Below, one piece after another: positions 23,790 through 36,829 of a DNA stretch of 64,000 nt. The notes below the pieces were generated by a model, which saw only the letters and a list, made by a program, of their open reading frames with translations, did no database searches and was not told where the DNA came from. A program made the position numbers and the translations under genes. Positions within the stretch are counted from its first letter, which is position 1. The number at the start of each line of letters is the position of its first letter. This DNA comes from Mobula birostris. Lineage: Eukaryota. The DNA lies in the NCBI RefSeq assembly GCF_030028105.1, contig NC_092385.1, positions 54,919,433 to 54,983,432 on the forward strand. Reading direction: 5' to 3'.

Positions 23790-24101
23790 CAGCCTCCTGA
23801 ACCAGCATGGATAGCTTCACTCTCCTCAACACTGAATTGGTTCCACAACTTATGGACTTACTTTCAAGGACTCTTCATCTCATGTTCTCAATATTTATTT
23901 ATTATTAGTTTTTTTTTTGTATTTTGCACAGTTAGTCTTCTTTTGCACATTGGTTGTCCATCTTTCTTTGTGTATAGTTTTTCATTGATTCCATTGTGTT
24001 TGTTTTTATCTACTGTGACGGCCTGCAGGAAAATTAATCTCAGGATGGTTACATATATGTACTTTAGTGATAGATTTACTTTGAATTTAGTTTGAACTTT
24101 G
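23790..24101 (+). mobile_element. Rex1/Babar-like 3' UTR
   Basis: Homologous to the reverse complement of 71-400; ends TTTACTTTGAATTTAGTTTGAACTTTG. Confidence 0.75.
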
Positions 24102-26059
24102 AGTAGAACTGTCTGCAGGGCTATGGGGACCTGATATTTCCCTGTTGATCTTGAATTTGAACTACTGGGTGTCTAATATCTTTAAGAGGATTTTGTGATT
24201 AAGAGCAGAGCAATGAACCTAGACAAAGTAAAAAATGTTGGTGTTGGCTAATTCTAACTTTCAATACTCCTTCCAGATCAAGCAATGAATTCAGAGTAGC
24301 TGAACAGAGTCAATGGGAAGTACCTAATGTTTCTCACTTCACAGATACTGTTGACCTGCTGAATATTTCCAGATTTTTAATTTCAGATTTCCAGTGGTTT
24401 GCTTACCATTATCATGATCAAAGGGATTGATTCTATATAATGAGCCTCCCACTCTGACAGTTATAGAGCTTTGAAAGCTCCCATTGTGTGTGTACCAGGC
24501 TGCGTCAGAGGCAGCTTCCGATGACTGTAGAAGGCTGAGAGCACTATTGTTGAGCGAATAATATAGTGCCAAATGTCCACATTGATCTAAATTTTGGATG
24601 CTCCCAGACTGTAGGCAGAAAGCTGCTGACTTCACTGCAAAGAGAAAAGAATGCACACTTTGACAATTTATTACATGTTAGCTTTGGCGCATTTTTAGCC
24701 AGAACTAAAGTGCAAATCGCTGGTGAGAAATTGGCAAGCAGCAGAAAATAGGCACATTGCAAGGTACCACCGCAAATGAGGTGCAAGGTGAAGTGACACT
24801 GTTTTGCAACAGTCAGAAAATCAGTTCCATTAGTTTATTGCCCAGCTCATAAAGACGATCTACAAGTATTATCTCCCCGGTTTTGTTCTTCCTGCGGATT
24901 CAGATTCACTTATTTATCACACGTACATCGAAACATACAGTGAAATGTTTCATTTGCATTAACAACCAACACAAGGATGTGCTGGGGGCAGCCCACGAGT
25001 GTCGACACACAGTTAGCAGCTTGTGGGATCTTTACAATTCTGTCCTGCTGTTTCAGAGTCATTGGAACGTAATCTGTCCTGTCTAGATTTTAGCCAAGTA
25101 TCACGTAGATCCTATTGATTCACATTCTTGGACCTCAGCTTGTAAACTAAGATTATATGGATTTATTCTCAGAGCTTGCCAATAAACTGGATCTCATCTG
25201 CCTTTTACCCAGCAGAATTTCAAATTTCAGATGACTTGGAGGTAACAGATGGTGCTTATTGGGGGACAATATCTTTCATTCAAGTGCTCTGTAAGTAGGC
25301 AGCTTGAACACACCTGGGTACTTAAAGGAACAGTGCTGTCATTCAAGATAGCTCATCAGCAAATATCTGCGTCTATGCCGCAAAGTGGGAAATTGCTAAT
25401 TGAATTATTTTTGTTACTTGTACCACAAAACAGCGAAAAACTTTGTTTTGCATACCATCCGTATTGATTGTTCCATCAATAAAGGGAAAAGTAACAATAG
25501 AACACCAGAATGCAAAAAATTCACAATTGAAGATTTAAGTTTGTCATGTGTACATCAAAACATACAGTAAGATCCATCCTTTGTGTTAACAACCAGCACA
25601 CCCAAGGTGGGTGCATCCCGCAAATGTCGCCACACATTCTGGTGCCAACATGGCATGCCCGCAATGCTCAGCAGAACAGCACAGAAAACACAGAAACCAA
25701 TAACAGCTAAACAACCCCCATTCCTCCTTCCCACCCATACACATCCACATTCCTCTAATACCAGGCCAGGCATTCAGCACAACCCCATACTCCTGCCCTC
25801 TCCCTGTAACCTTTGATGCCCTGACTAATGACAGACTTATCAACCTCCAGCTTAAATGTACTCCATAGCCATGTCATTACCCACTCTGGGTAATGAAGTC
25901 TTTGAAGGTCATCCAAGCCAGATGAAATTCAGCATTTAGAACAGCTGTGCTGTTTTGTGCAGTCCAAGGCATTAAAGCTGCACGGCTTACTATGGGTGCC
26001 AATGATTTGAAGCTTTCTCGCTGAACCTGGAAGGTGAGGCAGGAGTTTTCTATAGTGGG

Positions 26060-26250
26060 AAGCTAGAACCAGAGGCCATGGTCTCAGAATAGAGGGACGT
26101 CCCTTTAGAACAGAGACAAGGAGGAATTTCTTTAGCCAGAGGGTGTTGAGTCTGTGGAATTCTTTGCCTCAGATGGTTGATAGGCCAAGTCATTGGGTAT
26201 ATACCCAACTGGAGTTTGATAGTCTCATGATTAGTAAGGGCGGCATGATC
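26060..26250 (+). mobile_element. CR1 fragment
   Basis: CTAGAACCAGAGGCCAT..AGGAGGAATTTCTTTAGCCAGAGGGTG. Confidence 0.75.
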
Positions 26251-26304
26251 TTTCCACAAGATCTTCCAATCTACTGGTAGGACAAGAGGGACAACATCAG
26301 CACC

Positions 26305-26790
26305 ACAGCATTACACTCAACCAACTACAGCAGGTGGGCCACCTCGTTTATCTGCCTGGCACTCTGGCAGAAGAGATTACCAAGTGGAGAGAGGAAAGAA
26401 ATCAAGGACGTTCTCAGTCACTCCTAGGAAAGATGTAACATTATATCTAACTTGGGGAATCCATGGCCCATGAACGCTCAAGCTGGAGGAGTGTTTGTAA
26501 ACGAGCAAATAGGACTAGCTTGGATGCAACCGGCATCAGTCTAGATGGGCACCTTGGTCAGCATGGATCATGTGGGCTGAAGGATCTGTTTGTGCTGTCT
26601 GAATCTATGGTTCTAACTGAGTCCATTCATGGGGAAAAGTTGGCTAGTCAAGTGAAGGACCAGATCACTCTCTAACTGATCCAACCGCCCGCACTATCAA
26701 ACTCCTCCTGCCCTACCTGCAACACAGTCTGCAGGACTCACACTTCTCTCATCAGCCACGGAACTGGAGTGTAAACAAACCATTCTTGGC
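26305..26790 (+). mobile_element. Old RTE-clade LINE 3' fragment (interrupted)
   Basis: Decayed QL..AGH..RLP.G.RK..KDVL..SL..CNI..W..AHERSSWR. Confidence 0.5.
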
Positions 26791-28140
26791 CACCTGAGGC
26801 ATGGAGTCATGGAAAAATAGAGCACAGAAACAGGCCCTTTGGCCCATCTAGTCCATGCCAAACCACTTAAACTGCCTATTCCCATCGACCTACACCGGAA
26901 TCATAGTCCTCCATACCCAAACCATCCATGTACCTATCCAACAGAGAGTGATCAATCACTGACACAATAGCTAATTGGATCCTGCCATAGACTCTGTAGA
27001 AATCATGGACTCTTGCGATGATGGCCAGAGCCTTACAAAGGGCGGACTCTGAGCTGCTCCATGTTCTCCTGTGCTCCTCTACAACAGCATGTGTTACACA
27101 GAACCCTGCCAGTCTTTGTAGAAGTGTAAATAAAAGAGTAGCAAGGTGTATTTATGACATGTAATTCCAGGAACTCCTCAACAGACATGGACTAGCCATG
27201 ATCACCTGAGTACTTTTCGTATTTTTCTCTCTTATTAAACATGGAGTTTTGCCCTTTTCATGCATTCTTGGGGCAGGGTGTGGATTAAGAAGTGTTGGTC
27301 CGTAGTTTCAGTATTAGTTAGGGTGAACTTTGCTCTACCCGACTCAATACCATGCTGTAGCTTAAAACTATCCTCACCATCTACGGCAACACAAGTTTTT
27401 GTATCATCTACTTCGATCAGTTGCTTGGAAGGCAGGTATGCTCACCATAGTACAACCATCATAACAGTCTTGCATTCCTTTATCAGTGTGCTGGAAATCA
27501 GTGCATTCGAGTTGAGACGGAAAAGAAAAACATTGAAACTAAAAGGCTGAAGAATTTTGTATCGAACTATTCATTTGGTTGCTAATAATGTACTGATTTC
27601 ATCCCAGGATCCTGCTATCTTTAATTGGTAGGGTTGAGTTATTTAGTTAGATATTGCATTACAAGTATTTGCTGTAAAAATAAATCACAATAGTCAACCT
27701 ATAAGATCATTGTCTATTCTTGTTTGAGGCCTTTCTTCTACCTTTTTCCATCTATTTCCCCAGTAGTGCACCCTTGCCTCATATTTTATCCAGATGTCTA
27801 TAAAATAGAGAATAAGACTCTGTTCTGTACATAGTTCCAGAGAGATCTAGTAAATATCCATATAAGTTTGCAAAGCGTTTCATTTAGATACATGAAATCA
27901 CACACAGTGCTTTCTGTTAATGAATTCTGTTATGTTAATAATGGTCTTCAATTTTAATGAATTTATTAACATGCAATGCTACTTTTAACCATTTGTGTTC
28001 AAGTAGTATCCTCTGGTGCAGAACCGGATTGGGATGTTTATTTCCTGAGGGATGTGTGCCTCTGTACTTTCCCCACTGATCTTACTGCATTGCATTTACC
28101 CTTAAGTTAATTTGCCATCTGGGAATCCATTCTGAATTTG

Positions 28141-28345
28141 TTTCTTTCTTTATTAATCTTTTTATTGATTTAAAAGGAACATAAATGCAAACAAGAGGAG
28201 AATTATCTCAAATATATATATCAGTAACAATACGAACAGAGATTGAAATAGACATCAAAATCATACATAGTGTTAAGCTAGTATATAATACATAATAAAA
28301 AAGAAAACAGCAATTCTCCTCTTATCAGTTCATAAGAGGAAAGAA
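28141..28345 (-). mobile_element. L1-clade 3' UTR remnant
   Basis: T-rich start with TTTTTATTGATTT resembling the tail of the L1 at 47895-48663. Confidence 0.4.
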
Positions 28346-30526
28346 TTTAATATCTGCCTGATTCTTGTTAAATTATCCACAGTATTAACTATAGATAACC
28401 CCAGTTTGTAGTTTGCAAATTTTGACATTGTGCTTTCAGTTTCTATGTGCATATCATATACATAGTGAACAATGGGATTCCAGCACTGATCTTTATAGAA
28501 CAGTACCTGTCACCGCTTTCTCTGCCTCCTATTCTCTACTATAGATACATTGTTAAATTTTGTCTGTTCTCAAGGTTGGGCATCACTGGCATGGCTAGCT
28601 TTTATTGCCTGTGAGAAGGTAATGGTAAGCTTGTACTGCTGCAGACCTTCTGGTGATGGTGCTGTTGGGAAGGGAGAACTAGATTTTATTCATTTTATTT
28701 CTCACATGTACGTACACCAAAACATAGAGTGAAATCCGTTGTCTGCGTTAACAAGGATGTGCTTGGGGCAACCTGCAAGTCTTGCCACATATTCCAGGGC
28801 CAACGTAGCACGTCCACAATGCTCGGCAGAATAAGCACAGAGTACAACAAGCAGCAAAACAACAACATCGAAACAAGCCCCGTTCCTTCCTCCCACTCAC
28901 GCACCCAAGCCCATTCACTGTCCTCCAGCCCCAGGCCAGGCGGTCTCTGGCCTCCAGCCTCCCGTGGACTTGCAGGTTTGCAGACATTGGGCTTTGAGAT
29001 GATGGCAAAATGGAAATATATTTTTCCAAGCAAGAATCATTTGCATCTTGTGGGAAACATGTAGCTGGTGCTGTCCAATTCTCCTCTTCTTTCTTGCTTT
29101 CTTTGTTGTGAGATCCCAGGTTTGCGAGTTACCGTTAGGGTAACCTGGCGCGGTAACTGTAGATGAAACAGTACAGTCAGATCGGTCAGAGGTGGAGACA
29201 ATGCGTGTTTAGGGTGGATGGTGTAGTTCTGATTGTCCTGGATGCTGAGCCTTTTGATACACTTGGGCTATGCTCATCCAGAGAAGTGCAGAGTGTTCTG
29301 TCATGGTCCTGACTTGTGCCTTCTAGATGGTGGGAAAGGTATGAGATGTCAAGAAGTGAGTTATTGAGTGCATTATACCCAGTCTCCAGTCTGTTTTTAT
29401 GGACAGTTCCAATTGAGCTTCTGATTACTGGTGGGGAGCTTGGCACTGGTTAACCTAGCTGTATTATATCCATCGAGCCATCATTATCATATGTCAGCCA
29501 GTTCCTTAACAATATTCCCTTAACTAATGATTTTTATTTAACTATAATAGTGTCCCTGTTATCTCATATCTAATTTTGAATACATATAAATCCAATCCAC
29601 CTTGTTCAGTGGATTTATCCTTTTCAAATTTGATTAATTTATCAATTATCTCCTGGGTACTATCTTGGCATTATTGATCTAATGTCATGCCTGCCATGTT
29701 AGTCTCGCTGGTAAACACTAAGGCAATATTATGTGTTCAAAATTATTTAATATTATGGTAAATATATCATGAATTAAGAGCACACAGATATCTGCATCTA
29801 CCCTGGAGACTGATCTTTTTCTGTTACTGATGAGCCTGCCGAATGCTTTACTATTTCGTTATGTTTTTATATAACTTTGCAATTTGTCTTTGCGTTCTAT
29901 GTTTTTCATTTTTCTTCTTCATAATCCATTTTCTCAATGTGCAGAGAACATGTCTTTCTCGTTCTGTCTTTTTTCTTTGTCAATGATATGCTATTACTCC
30001 TTGGTATGTTCTTGATTTTCAGGGATTAAAATCGCTTATTGACCATGTTTATAGATATTGCCGCCGTTCTGTTCCTTTTTATCATTAACTTTTTCCAGTT
30101 TATTTGCCCTAGTTCCATTCTCTAGCCTCATTCGTTTTGGTCTCTTGCTTACTATTCTCATTTTTTTTTTGTCTTAAACCTTACTGTGCATTGTTTGTTA
30201 TTGCAGATGCTATCTTTCATCTCTGGTTGCCCTCCATCAGTGCTCCCTCACTTAACATTGTTATATATTGGATAAGAAAGCTCCGTTTCTTGCATCCACA
30301 CCAGATCACTGCTCCTAACCTGAATTTGACAAACAAGACAATGAAATAGCCTGGTATCACTCTCTCTCTTTTCACTTATATACTAGGGGAAAATCCAATG
30401 GTTGAAGAATCTCTTTGTACCAAGTCTGTTACATGCATGAAAGGTTTATTGTTTATCATTGGTAAAGATAACACTCAGACAACTTCTGCAAAGGACAGAG
30501 GAAGTTACCTATTATTATACCATAAG

Positions 30527-31886
30527 TGTCACATGGTAGGGCTTTGGGAGCAAGGGTGGACCCAAATGCAAGACACATCGTGTGAGGTTAAGTAAATTGA
30601 GTTTATTGTTTGATACCAGGAGAGCAAGGCAGGAGCAGGAATAGTGAATTGGACAAGGACTCAGGACTACCACTAGGCTGGGACTAAGGGACTGGGCTAG
30701 GACGCGGAATTGGATCCCAAAACTAGAGGTGACATGAAGAGGCTACGGTATGGACTCCAAGCCAGAGACTGGGCAAAGACCCAGTACCTGGCTCTTGCCT
30801 CGGGCTCGGACCCCAGAATCAGGCATGGACTAGGGAGAGGAGGAACATGGAAAAACAGAGGCTCGGTCTCGGGAGAGCAGGTACATAGAACCATGGACAC
30901 ATACACAGAACACAGAGTCGGGACCCCTCCTTGGGTACAGGACATAGGACCGGGACTCATAACCCCCCCGCGGGGCAACGGAAGACGGCCTGACTTACCC
31001 CACGGAGGCAAGGACAAGACAAGACAAGACATGACCCCCTGCGGGGCAACGGCAAGATGACCTGACTTACCCCACGGAGGTGAGGACAAGACAAGGCAAG
31101 ACATGACCCCCTGCGGGGCAACGGCAAGGCGGCCAGACTTACCCCACGGAGGTGAGGACAAGACAAGACCAACATGAAAGAACACCAGACAGTACCTATC
31201 TAGCTCCGGTGATAGAACTAGATGGAGGTGCAGGTGAGAGGGGCAGAGAAGGGATTCAGACAGCGGGGTAGGACAGGAATCACAGACCGCCAAGGCCAGG
31301 ACTTGACTCGGAACTTGGATGCTGCCAGGGCCAGGACTCGACTCGGAACTTGGATGCCGCCAGGGCTGGGACTTGACTCGGAACTTGGATGCCGCCAGGG
31401 CCGGGACTTGACTCGGTACGTGGATGCCCCCAGAGCTAGGACTTGACTTGGAGCCTCCAGGTAGTGGTGAGCTCTCGACTCGGCCCGGGAACAGTAGACA
31501 GCGGTTCTTGATTCCCTCCGGCGGGTTAACTGACGGACCCACCTCAGTGAGGAAACTTTGCAGGCTCGCTTTGGCAAGGTAACTTGACAGGGTTGCTCCG
31601 GTGAGGAAAGGGAAATTACTGGCACTCGCTTCGGGCGGAGACTAGGCTTGCTCCGGCCGGATGACATTGGCACACTGTACCTTCGGTGAGTTTGCAGACG
31701 CTCTCGTGCTGAACGGCTGAAAGTGGGAGACTATAAACTACCGGTTCAGTCGAGAGTAAATTGCCTCCAATCACCAAAGCCGAAGGACATGGGAAAACAG
31801 GGAACCAAAGGGAAACAGGGAGTCAACAGTCTGGATCGTAACATAAACAAAGTAAATTTAAAGGGACCCCGATCCGGACCGTGACA
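30527..31886 (-). mobile_element. Probable solo LTR (1360 bp) with internal tandem repeats
   Basis: Termini TGTCAC...GTGACA, perfect 5-bp TSD ATAAG, minus-strand AATAAA near 30603, GC/CpG-rich; ~72-bp x3 and 35-bp x5 internal repeats. Confidence 0.8.
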
Positions 31887-31904
31887 ATAAGGCAGTACAG
31901 TGAA

Positions 31905-32470
31905 GGGGTAGAATTAGGCCATTGGGTCTGTTAAGTCCACTGCCATTCTGCCATGCCATGGCTGCATTTGCTTTAATAAACCTATCTTCTCCCCTAACCC
32001 TTAACCCCATTACCATTCAAGATCTTATAGCAGCTTCCAAAGCCCATTAAGCTACACATTTTACCACACTTTGGCTAAAGAAATTCCTCTTCATTTCAGT
32101 TCTAAAGGGGATGTCCTTTATTCTGAAACTGTGCCGTTGGATCCAAGACTCTCCTGCCAATGGAAACATCCTCTCCATGTCAGCTGTAGCCAGGCCTTTC
32201 AGTATTTGATGGGTGTCTATGAGATTCCCCTCTCATTCTGGACTCCATCAAGTACAGGCGCAGAGCCCTCAAAGGTTCCTCATACATCACACCTTTCATT
32301 CCTGGGATTAGATCATTCTTGTGAACTTCCTCTCAACCCTGCCTAGGGACGCCAAATTCTTCCTCAGGCAGAGGTCCCAAAATTTCTCAATATTCCAAAT
32401 ACAGTCTGACCAACACATTACAAAGCTAAAGTAGTACATCCTTGCTTTTATATTCTATTCCTCTTGAAAT
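31905..32470 (-). mobile_element. CR1 LINE 3' fragment
   Basis: AAGAAATTCCTC..CTGGACTCCATCAAGTACAGGC..AATATTCCAA..GTCTGACCAA motifs as in other CR1 copies. Confidence 0.8.
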
Positions 32471-32889
32471 GTATGTACGTTAATATTGAAGAACCATTCT
32501 GGTTTATTCTTGGCTGGCTACAGACAAGTAATATGAACAATTAAATGCCTGCATTCCATGCATATCCAGCAAGATGTCCAATAAGTTTAATCATCTTATG
32601 GACAGCTAACAGACAACCCTGGATGTCTGAGCTAAAAAATGGCTCAAGTATTCTGAGACCTTATGTATCTAGCTCAGACTGTTTTAGTGCTAATAAGCAG
32701 AGGAGCAGAGGTCCAACTAATCAGTTCTATCCATGAGATCACAGAGAAACAATGTGGTCAAGTCCCATAATAATGTCAGTTCTACAATTTGTAACATATC
32801 TACTTTTGCTAATCGACATGTCTCCTTCTGCAATGTTGCCATTGGCCTGGCCCATTTCTAAAAGGTGTACTGTAAAATAAATACAACAT

Positions 32890-33255
32890 GCATTGAAAGG
32901 CCCAGATGGAGTGGACACGGAGAGAATGTATCCTACAGTTGGATTGTCTAGGACCAGTGGATACAGCCTCAGAATAGAAGGATGTTCCTTTAAAACAGAA
33001 ATGAGAAGGAATTTCTTTCGTCAAAGTGTGGTGAATCTGTGGCATTCATTGCCACAGGCAACTGTGGGGGCCAAGTCATAGGGTACATTTAAAGTGGAGG
33101 TTGATAGATCCTTGATTAGTACGGGCGCCAAACGTTACGGGGAGAAGGCAGGAGAATGGGGTTGAGAGGGATAATAAAATCAGTGATGATGAACGGTGGA
33201 GCAGACTTGATAGGCTGAATGGCCTAATTCTGTCCCTGTGATTTATAACCTTATC
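32890..33255 (+). mobile_element. CR1 LINE 3' end
   Basis: SRTSGYSLRIEG..FKTEMRRNFF..VVNLW; CR1 tail. Confidence 0.85.
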
Positions 33256-34414
33256 TCTTCTAACCACGCCACTCCTTGTTTGGCTTATTTCCCCATCTCA
33301 GGCAGATGGGAAGTGATTGTCCTTGCAGCAAACTGCAGTGTTCACACTGTGGAACTGTCTGAACTCTAGCTAGGGAATCTGCAAGTTACAAAATATTACA
33401 GTGTTGGAACTGATCACTTAGTGGAGTGAATTCTAATTCCTTGGTGTTTAAGCAGTGTGGTTTCCTGGATATGATATGCCTTTCTCCTGGGCTGGCCCAC
33501 CTCAGCAGACTAGGGGAAGGAGAATTTGCACTTGTTTAACATTTTTCACAATGACAGAATGCTCTAAGATGGTTCAAAGACAATAAAATGCTTTTGAACT
33601 AATGAAGCAAACATTTAAATATGTGCTCTGCATTTTCCACAATTAGCATTGCAATAATGATTCCATAATTGCCTAGATATTTGACCAGGCTGCAGTTTCT
33701 TCAGCACTATTGGTCTGAAAATCAGTATAAGCTGGATTAAGTCTCAAACGTGTCCACTTGCCAGCCATCATCTCAACTGGGGATTTCAGTCAAACACCTC
33801 TTTTAACTAACTGCATTGTGGTTTCTAAACTAGGAATACAAGTGACAGCAATGTCTCATGCATTGATCCTTTCAAAGCACAGTGGGAGAACTTGGATCAT
33901 TTTTGGCATTCCCAGGATAGTGTAGTCTTAAAACAAACTGAGAGACTTGCAGTTGTTTACCAACATTTGTTATCCTTTCCAGAACCCTACCACGCCATCC
34001 CTTAGCTTCCAGCCTGATTGCCAACGGTTGATATCTGCCTCAGCTTTGCTGGTGCTCCAGACCATTCTTCTGCAATCCCATTCTCATGTTGTCTTCCCAT
34101 TCCCAACCATACTTCCGTACCCCCAAATGATATTCCATCCTTTGCCACCCAAGTCGCAAGTCAACTCCATCCCTCCTATAACTACCCCCCACCTGATGAA
34201 TTCCAATGCAAATGCAGACCAATCCCTTCACCTCCTCACCCTCTCCCATTTGACGACCTGTCATAAGAAGACGGACTGATGGGATGCCACTGGCCTTCAG
34301 AGCTCTTGATCCAAGACATTTTCCCCACTACCACTTTTGGCTACAGGGAAGTCGAAAATACATAAACCAAAGTTATGAGTCAAACTGTCAAGTACACTCA
34401 GATTTCTGGACTGG

Positions 34415-34812
34415 GTACTGTTGCGAACCGTGTGGTGGGGTGGAGATATGTCTCTACCAAAGGAGGTGTAAGGCACTCCTTCTCTCCGCCAGCCTCCAGG
34501 TCACTCTTGGGCAAGGTGCAGCACATGCTTAGCCCCCATTCAGGGTCTGTTGACGCCACGAGAGCAGGTGGTGGATGAGTGCATGAGCAGCTGGTGCATA
34601 GCACACGTCCTGGTTATGCAACCACTGACACCAGGCAGACAATCTCTGAAGAGTTTTGGTAATGGCTGGGGTCACCCGCCTTGTAAAGACACTGTTCAGA
34701 AGAAGGCAATGGCAAACCACTTCTGTAGAAAACTTTGCCAAGAACAATCACGGTCACGGAAAGACCATGATCGCCCACGTCATACGACATGGCACTTAAT
34801 GAACGAACGAAT
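34415..34812 (+). mobile_element. Non-autonomous RTE-derived retroposon (Bov-A-like), copy 1
   Basis: GAAGAAGGCAATGGCAAACCACTTCTGTAG resembles the RTE/BovB 5' UTR motif; short tandem tail; second copy at 49989-50356. Confidence 0.65.
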
Positions 34813-34879
34813 TAGTGAGAATCCTTCCATTGGTTCTTGGAACAGTGCCATAGAATGTTTACATAACCGCGTCTTATAG

Positions 34880-35230
34880 AGTGACAGAGAGGTACACTAT
34901 GGATCAGGCCTTTAGGCACAGCCTCCATACTGATCAGCAGCCACTCACTTACACTCACCTTCCATCCATCACATGTTATTTTCCACATTTTTATTCATTT
35001 CTGCCAGGTTCTACCACTTACATACATACTGGGAGCAATTTGCAGCAGCCAACGAACCCACCACCTACATGTCTTTGGGAAGTGAGAAGAAACTGGAGCA
35101 CCCAGGGGAAACTCAGTCAGAGGGAGAATGTGCAAACTGCAGAGACGGAGGTCAGGATTGAACCCAGGTCTCTGGTGGTGGGGGAGCTGGTAGGTGGCAT
35201 GGAGTTGACAGTCTTACTAAGTGTGCCAAA
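34880..35230 (-). mobile_element. tRNA-derived V-SINE (HE1-like), decayed
   Basis: CATGTCTTTGGGA..GAAACTGGAGCACCCAGGGGAAAC is the reverse complement of the V-domain; GGATTGAACCC is a B box. Confidence 0.7.
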
Positions 35231-35873
35231 GTGCAATCCCCTTATATCTCATTCTGAGATGTTCCTTAGTAACTGGAGCAGCATCGGCAATCTCCCTAAT
35301 ACTCATTTAAAAAAAACTCTAAAGCAAGACATAAAAGTTGTTGGCAATGATTTCAAAACTTATGCTTATGTGCTGCCCCATGTACCACTAAACTTTTTAG
35401 GAACAGCAAGCATTAGGAGCTGAATTTCCTATATTGACAATGCCTTTCCTTACAGCTGTGAATTCACAAAGAAATCCTTCAAGTTTTAGATCACAATGTA
35501 CCTCGCACCCTTTCAGCTATTGGGGAGTGCTGGTAAAGAAAGAGTGGGTGGAAGGGAGGCCCTCCTGAAGGGCAGAGGAATGTCTGAAGATCACTGTGCT
35601 CAGGAGAGAAGAGCTTCCTTATGTCAACGACAAATGGGAGGATATTGTTTCTGGAAATCCCAGTAACAGCGTGAGTGCCCTTAATGAGTGGCTGGGCTTT
35701 TGACTGCCCTTTAATGCAGCCTAGTGCCTCATCCAGATGTGAATACAGCAGTCACATTGACCAAAAATAAACATAAAGTCAGGTAAATTTATTATCAAAG
35801 TATGTACATGGCACCATAAACTACCTTGAGATTCATTTTCTTAGAGGAATTTACAGGGAAATAAAGAAATATG

Positions 35874-35908
35874 CAGCACTGTGCAAAGGTCCTTAGGCGC
35901 GCGCGCGC

Positions 35909-35954
<46 letters not shown>

Positions 35955-36403
35955 GGTGGCTGAGACTTCTGCACAGTACTGTAGTAATTTTATGTATTAC
36001 ACTGTACTGCTGTCCCAAAAACAAACATATTTCATAACAGATATGAGTGATGATAAACCTGATTCTGATATGGGTCTGTATTGTGGCCCGAGAGTGGGAA
36101 GGGGAATCATGGTTGGGAAAAGGGGAAGGAGTGGGAAGCACCAGAGAGACATTCTATAAGGATTCATAAACCAACTGTTTGGCATCAAATGACCCTGCCT
36201 GGTGTCTCAGGGCTGGCTGCCTTCTCTGCCACCTGTCCCACACCCTGTCCTGGTGCTCTGCCCTCACCATTCCCAATATCTTTTGCTCCTGCCAGCTTTG
36301 CAAACTCGCTCTCCGCTCCACATTGACAAATACAGTACTGTACAAAAGCTTTAGGTACCATAGCTTTATATATATATATGCCTAAGACTTTTATACATTA
36401 CTG
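35874..36403. mobile_element. Composite Tc1/mariner-type non-autonomous element bounded by two mini-MITEs
   Basis: TIR CAGTACTGTGCAAAAGTCTTAGGC-like pairs at 35874-35981 (with (CA)n spacer) and 36333-36403 (with (TA)n spacer); TA flanks at most ends. Confidence 0.7.
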
Positions 36404-36829
36404 TAATAGAATTTATGAAAAGCTCTATACATAAATGAAGACTGGCAAACAACTGATGTCCAAAAGAAGGCAAAGTGTGCAAATATAAAAAAAACTACCC
36501 TGAACTTGAGCTGGAGAATCAGGTCAGGACAGGAATATTCTAAGAAAGGTTCCCTGCTCCAAAACACAGGCTTGTTTCTCTTTCACAAAAGCTACTTCAC
36601 AGGCTGAGTACTTCCAACATTTCCATTTTTTGTTTTGGATTCATTCATTTGAAATTTTCTTTGTTCCCCCGAGCACCCATTTACTCAAATTTCATTTTAT
36701 TGTATTTTTCCCTTTAACGCCCCTCAGATTCGATCACTCATCGACACACTAAGGGCAACTTGCAGTGGCTAATTAATTTAGCAGCCCATAGGAAGGTGTG
36801 GGGAAACTGGATACAGGGAGAATCAGAAC

